Shown here piece by piece: positions 26,291 through 64,000 of a stretch of 64,000 nucleotides of DNA. The DNA comes from Tubiluchus corallicola (lineage: Eukaryota > Animalia > Priapulida). The notes beneath the pieces are model-generated. The model worked only from the letters and a program-made list of their open reading frames with translations, had not been told where the DNA came from and searched no databases. The DNA is taken from the NCBI GenBank assembly GCA_030141605.1, contig JAQGDQ010000378.1, positions 62,001 through 126,000 on the forward strand. Reading direction: 5' to 3'. Made by a program: the position numbers and the translations under genes. Positions within the stretch are counted from its first letter, which is position 1. Each line of letters opens with the position of its first letter.

Positions 26291-27298
26291 CATGCCTTGT
26301 TATGGACTAACTATATCTGCAATATTGTAATCTTATTGCAACTTTGTTGATCGGTAAATTACATATATACGTATATGGCCCAGTTACAGTTTGTTTGACA
26401 ACGAAGCCACTACACTGTCGCGTGACTGCGTCAGATTATTTGTCGTAATAAGAAAAATATTAATTCATCACGTTCACCCATCCTAATGATAGTCGCGTGA
26501 ACACAATATAACAGAATTAATGGCAACTATTGTAATTAGTTTTCGTCCCAGGATGGCTATTGATAACACAGGCAAACCGCGGCTGCAGAGGCGGTAATTT
26601 TCCTCCTCGCGCACGGCAGGTGAGATGAGAAGCCACGGCCAGGTAAGTTGACGCAGCAGCAGCTATCTATGCTGGTCGATACCTGAATTATTAGCGCTTA
26701 TGATTGATAACGATGTTGACTGGTTTGCATTCCGGCTGTGACAACATTTATGGCGAGTGTACCGTCTTCGAGTAAAGCGTGTTAGTCGCTGAGGATGACA
26801 CAGTTGACGAGCTCTGCTTACCTGCATGGACACACGGAAGGTGATAATGCATTTATCCGTAATCTTGCTGAGATAAAAGCCCTCTGTGCAGCTTTTAACT
26901 AAAGCTAGGTGTAATAATTACTAGCTGACATTAATGTGCAACGTTTTTCTTCCTATTATCATCGCATTAGAGTTTACTTTAGTGGGCGAAGCTGAGATGA
27001 CAAAGCTCGTGAGATGACAAAACAGAGCACGTGAACAGCGCAGCAACTAGTATGATTGTTTTTCAAACCACGGTGAAAAACGCTGGTAGAGCACATTTTC
27101 CGAATGAACGCTACTGCATTCATCAAGTTTTTGAACTGCAAAAGCATGCCCTATTTCAAGATTATGAACAAAAAAGAAATTATGGAACATCTGATGAAGA
27201 TCGCGCAAGCTACTATCGAACACCAAGTAAAATTATGTGCTGGCGAAAGAGATACTAGATGACCCTGATACATCATCGTGCAGATCATCATTGCAACC

Positions 27299-59036
<31,738 letters not shown>

Positions 59037-59543
59037 TAAAGAAAGCCAAATTTTTCTGATAATCATACATTATTTTCTATGAATAATTTAACTAAATTTT
59101 ATCATTTTAAAATACAACTGCTACTGGTCATTTGACCAATTTACTTTTACTATATTTATGCTAATTAAAATGTATAGTCCAGCTTAATGTCTGCCTTGCT
59201 AGAGGCTTAAAATAAGCTTAATTAACTTAATTATGTTACCCAAGTGTATATTAATTATGGTTATAATTTATTACTAAATTTTCTTGATTAAATTTAGTCA
59301 TTTAATTTTTATTAGATATGTTATAATTCCTTCTGAATTAATAAAAGCTTTTATAATGTTATTTGGGTTGTACTTAATGTTAACGTTATGAATGTAATCT
59401 AACCTAACCTAAGTTCCGCACCTAACCTGACCTAGAAGCATTAAGACATTGTGAAACGCTTATCAAATATGGCCTTGCTCGTCATTAATTTTTTCCGCTG
59501 TTTCGATCAAAGTAGGTTGTAAGGCGCCCACTGTAACATACTT

Positions 59544-60227
59544 TCAGAAAATGTAAATGATTGAAAAGCCAATGCTGCATTGTTGCTTCCGGTCTTGTGC
59601 TTCGTTGCTTGTTACGTCATTTGTTAATTGTACATCTTCCCGGTACGTAGTTACTGTTGTTGGCAGTCCTTTGTCTAGCTCCATTTCTCTGTTGTGTTGA
59701 GGTTGCTCCGATGCTTGTCTGATGTCGTTTAGTTGGTTTGCTGAGCAGCACATTGCACTTTTGCACTTCCGTAGGTATATTTTGAGATTTTTTGCGAAGA
59801 CTTTTGTTCCTGCGTCTCTATTCAGATGACTCTTATCATGCTCATACAACGTTGTGATTGGCTTTCCTTTAAGGCCCAAGTTGCTGTTATCACGCAAAAT
59901 CACGTTCTCCTCCATGTTCTCGTGTTCAGATCCGATGGATGCGTTGGTGAGATTGACTTTCGTTGAACAGTCACCACGAGATGGCATTAGTGACACAAGG
60001 ACATAGTCACTTTTAGTTGCTGCTATTTCTATCAAACGCTTCATGTCGGTGATATAGGTTTCCATACTAGCACTGTATGATTGATCTTCGATTATGGTTA
60101 ATAATAGAGTACTGCATTTGTGTGTCAGAGGCTCAGAGCTGCTTGCAAATTGCTTTAACCTGACCCACGAGTGAGTGAAGAACACCTGTAGGGTGCGTTT
60201 GATACACCTCCTGACCAAAAACAGCAT
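59544..60227 (-). mobile_element. CR1/L2-type LINE ORF1 fragment with SGNH-esterase-like domain
   Basis: ORF contains VLVSLMPSRGD..KVNLTN..NVILRDNSNL..G..LYEHDKSHLNRDAGTKVFAKNLK, matching the S..PR.D / N / DxxHLN..GT..LA.NL pattern of retroelement ORF1 esterases. It has no introns and I see no ORF2. Confidence 0.6.
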
Positions 60228-62797
60228 TTTTTTTCTAAAATTTTATTGTTTCACTTTTAATTGAACAGCAGCTAAAGCTACTGCGTCGATATGCTCTTTA
60301 CTTTTGGCCTTGATCGTGCATTCAACATATTCGTCGGTGTATGAATACAGTTGAGCTGTTGTGATTACACTTACAGTAGACCTCTACGGTAAACGTGGAT
60401 TTAGGAATGTTCGCACTACAGCAAACGTTCGCATATGCTGCCCATCTTTTCCCACTAGTGAATAGGAAACTTCCGTTTCTGGATATGCACTTAGGACTAC
60501 TATTGTCAACACAGGTGTCCCAACAGGCTAATGATCAAACGCTTCAATCGAATCAGATATTCTCTCAAATTTTAGAGTGTTTACAATAACTTGCAAAGAC
60601 AAAATGCAAGTAATGCAGTTAGCTTATGGATGTATCTAATAAATAAAAAGTAGGCAAAAACTGTAATTAAATTTAAGTGTAACATATGGAAGCAAATTAT
60701 AAATGTAACGAATAAACAAAAATGCAGTTAAATCATTAATGTAACAAAAAAAAGTAAGCTCATATGGAGTTAATCATAAATACAGCAAATGAAATGAAGA
60801 ATGCTGTTACAAAGAACAGAAGACTAGAAAAGTACTGAAAAATACCCCGACCAAATATGCAAACTTTTTTGAGAGCTAAGAGACGAGGTTAATCTCAAGT
60901 ATTGACAATAAACATTAACATGTGAAAATAGAAAATAAAACAAAACTAAAGATTAGACTTGATACAAAATGAAGGTTTACGAAGCAGTTTATCTGTAATA
61001 ACAAGAAAGTCTCTTGCTAAGTGTCGATAATAAGCATAAATAGAAATTTAATACAAAATAATATCAAAATATTAGCACGTTTGTTTTCATAGGCTATGTA
61101 GGATATGGGCATAATCGAATACATTACTAAAATTTTAACAAGAGGAACCAGATAATGAGAATTATAACAAATCAGCGTTTCACCATGTGCATTAATTGAA
61201 AATAAAACTAATAACTTCATATGAGTATGTGTGCAAAGATGGGGATATACTCTGGTAATTTTGTTTTGTTATGGTGTATAATTAATGTAAACAATGTCGT
61301 ACTATGTGGTCTGCCAGCTGGTGCCAATTCAAGATATACATATCTGAACACATATGTTGAATTTAGATTCAGTATTTAAATAAGAGTAAAGGATAGTAAA
61401 AATAAGAGTAGTAAAAATGTTATCATTGCTTATAGCTTTTACTTACTTGGATAGCCAGATGCCTTACATTGCAACTAATATTGCAACTATGGAATTGCAA
61501 AATATAAAATGCACCATTATAGTCATCATCTGTCACAGCCACATACTACAAGACAAAAAATAAAAAGGACAGGTCTCAAACATTCGCTTAAAGGGACACC
61601 TACGTTAAAACAGAATGACATTCTCGTTACACACAAAATATGATACACCACATCGCAGACATGACGTTTCAAATGTTTTGTAGTTCAGTATAGTAGTTAA
61701 TTTAATAGCTCTTAGTGTTTGTAAGTTAGTAGGTTTAAAAATAGTGTCTGATGTTTATTGTGATTAACTATGTGTGTTAGCCTTCGTTTATTCATTTTTA
61801 TGTGCTTACCATGCAGTTTGTTATTATAGTTTTTTGTCATTATGTAGCATTTAATTTGTAAGGCTATATTACCATCATCTTTATTTTTTTGGAAAAAAGA
61901 CTGTTATCAGCGATTTTTGTATCAAACATGACATGTAATTATTTGGTAAATAAAGACGATGTCTATCTATCTTACAGTATAATAATTATAGTAATATAAT
62001 GTTAAAACAATCGAGATATCTTCAACTTAATTGTAACTTGAAAGACAAAGATGACAGTGCATTAATTGGGTGCAGAAAAAAACAACCTGTAACAGCTCGA
62101 GTAATAACAGAATAACCAAAATGATAACAGAAGCAAAGTTGATGACAACAACAACTATGAAAATGATGAAGATGGCAATGGCAGTGATTACGATGATGAT
62201 TGATGGCAAGTTAGAAGTATCAATGAGAATACAAGGACGACGTTCACGAGAGTGCGACAAACCAGAAGTACTGTTGCAATGATGTAAAAAAATAAATTGA
62301 TAATAGAAAGTGCGGAGAAATATGTAATTTAAAGCATCTAATGAGGCGAGTGATCGAAGTCTGAAGGTCTTGGAAAGTGCACCCTTGACGAGTTGCTGCA
62401 GCGAGCGAGAAAAGTAGAACATCCAGTGGTGTGTAGCTGTAGCTTCATTATTTCTTTGATGAAAACCCTAGATTTATTACTTTTTTTAATTGGCATTTTG
62501 CCTTAAAGTGACGTCGATTACTTAGCAAATTTGTACGTTTTATTTATTCTTACATTTCGTTCTACATGTTTCAACTTGTTATACATACATAGCTTTTGTT
62601 AAATTTGTGTATTTGGAGGAAACGAAGACAAAGAATATCGAATCAGTTTCGAGTGTTGATCGCCCTCCAATGCCACATAAATTTGTTGTCCATGAAACCA
62701 TTATAGATTTTGACCATTACTTTCTGATCAATATTGTTTATTTCAGGTCAGTGGATGACATGTCATGTAAAGGAATGAATTTTATACTTCTAAGGTG

Positions 62798-63109
62798 ATG
62801 GCAGCCTTGACTAACATGAATAGATTTCAAAGATCACCAGGATTAGGTAAGACTGACAGTGTTATGTCACAGCTATGACCCCGTATTTGCGATAAGCCAA
62901 ATAAAGTCATGGAGGTGATGGAGTTGTTAAATTTGTGTAGCTATTAAGTTTTATTGTTTTTGATTTCAGGTGAGAGGTCACGGATTAGGGTCAGTCCTGT
63001 AACAAGGTCGAGTCCAAAGATACAGAGGACAGTGTCACTTGATACTATATATCTGAGTGGACAATGGCCTAGGGACATAAACCGTCTGGCCAGTGATAAG
63101 GCCACACAG
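62798..63109 (+). CDS. GLCCI1: FAM117/GLCCI1-family protein, first two coding exons (partial, continues beyond the window)
   Basis: Exons 62798-62846 (donor G|gtaaga) and 62970-63109 (ttcag| ... CAG|gtataa) splice to MAALTNMNRFQRSPGLGERSRIRVSPVTRSSPKIQRTVSLDTIYLSGQWPRDINRLASDKATQ. Compare the family motif IRRTSSLDT..YL.GQWPRD..DKATQT. The symbol is family-level. Confidence 0.82.
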
Positions 63110-64000
63110 GTATAATATTTTGCGATTTTTTTCGTTTGAAAACTAAGTTATGTTTCTTCCGGAAAGCGTCAAAACAACAAACTAACCATTATTTTATAGT
63201 CCTTGATGGATCCGGCGTGAAGTACGGGAGGCTTAAGCTTGGTCATATTGTAGCTTTTTTGGTGCATTTAGTGTTGGCATTGTTGTCACTTTTATTCCTG
63301 AACACTTTCACCCTGAACGACGCTGAGAATTTCACATGATGGTTGCAGACTGTAATCAGTGTCTGATTATTTACTTTCCCAAAACCGTTCACACAATGCC
63401 TGTTAAATGTGTCTGCCCTATACATTGTTATAATGTTATAGTTCACCATTTTCATTTTAGTGTAAAAATGGATCTGTTTAACGATGTTTATTCTAAATTT
63501 TTACAAAAAAAATGGGTGCTAAGACAACTGTAAAAACTTCCCAAAATCGCAAGGAAGCCGTTAACTTCGCAAGAAGTGAGCAAGTGTCAGATTGAAGTAC
63601 AATTCTACTTCCATTCCAATTTTGCTCTGCTTATCATTGTATTATAATGTCACAAATTTAGTGAAGTTCGAATACGAGTGCCCGAGATCAAGATCAAAAC
63701 TTCACTAAAGGAAACTGAAGGAATAAAATATACAAACACTAGAAAATATGTGTTCATTTTGTGACATTTTGCAGTTGTGGTATTATACATTTTGGCGATG
63801 TGACATTAATTTTTTTCTAGGTTTTTATAATTTCTCTTCTGAGCTGTTATAACAGTGACATTTAGTAAACATATGAATTTTGAGAAGACAAAAATTGTCA
63901 GAAGAATTGTTAGAATTATTAGGAGAGATTTCTGAAAAATAAAAACAAGTGAAAAATATAAATGATTTTGGTTGAAACTATAAGTGACTTTATGTAAACA

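Noticed and set aside
26575-26640. HDV-like ribozyme suggested by CTCCTCGC
   Set aside because: The flanking bases do not form P3 or P1, and the nested pseudoknot cannot be built.
27191-27225. Hammerhead ribozyme core (CTGATGA...GAAC)
   Set aside because: GAAA is absent, stem II is only about 3 bp, and stems I and III cannot be formed.

Overview
AT-rich, intron-rich genomic DNA from an invertebrate animal, probably a protostome (inferred from the AC3 '[10 protein letters not shown]' variant); it is not prokaryotic. Manual splicing at GT-AG sites gives three + strand genes. (1) A p120/delta-catenin family armadillo protein: 17 coding exons, 2463-19707, about 772 aa. (2) A complete transmembrane adenylyl cyclase of the AC3 type: 19 coding exons, 27299-59036, about 1026 aa, catalytic residues intact. 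(3) The first two coding exons of a FAM117/GLCCI1-family gene (62798-63109), which the ORF track misses and which runs off the window. Introns and intergenic DNA contain DNA-transposon MITEs (hAT-, Tc1/mariner/pogo- and Kolobok-like), LINE fragments (RTE, CR1/L2 RT tail, SGNH-esterase ORF1), 5S-derived SINE-like pieces, minisatellites and long microsatellites. I see no CRISPR array or wholly new gene system. The most interesting signals are regulatory or splicing hypotheses: decayed copies of catalytic exons in AC3 introns (one forming a possible new 48-nt cassette exon), an AC3 exon beginning AG|GTAAGT, a cassette exon that could swap the catenin C-terminus, an intronic RFX X-box plus TATA box, a cluster of full CRE sites around the cyclase 5' end, and a (TA)n-centred fold-back palindrome. 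All exon calls were made by eye and need RNA-seq confirmation.
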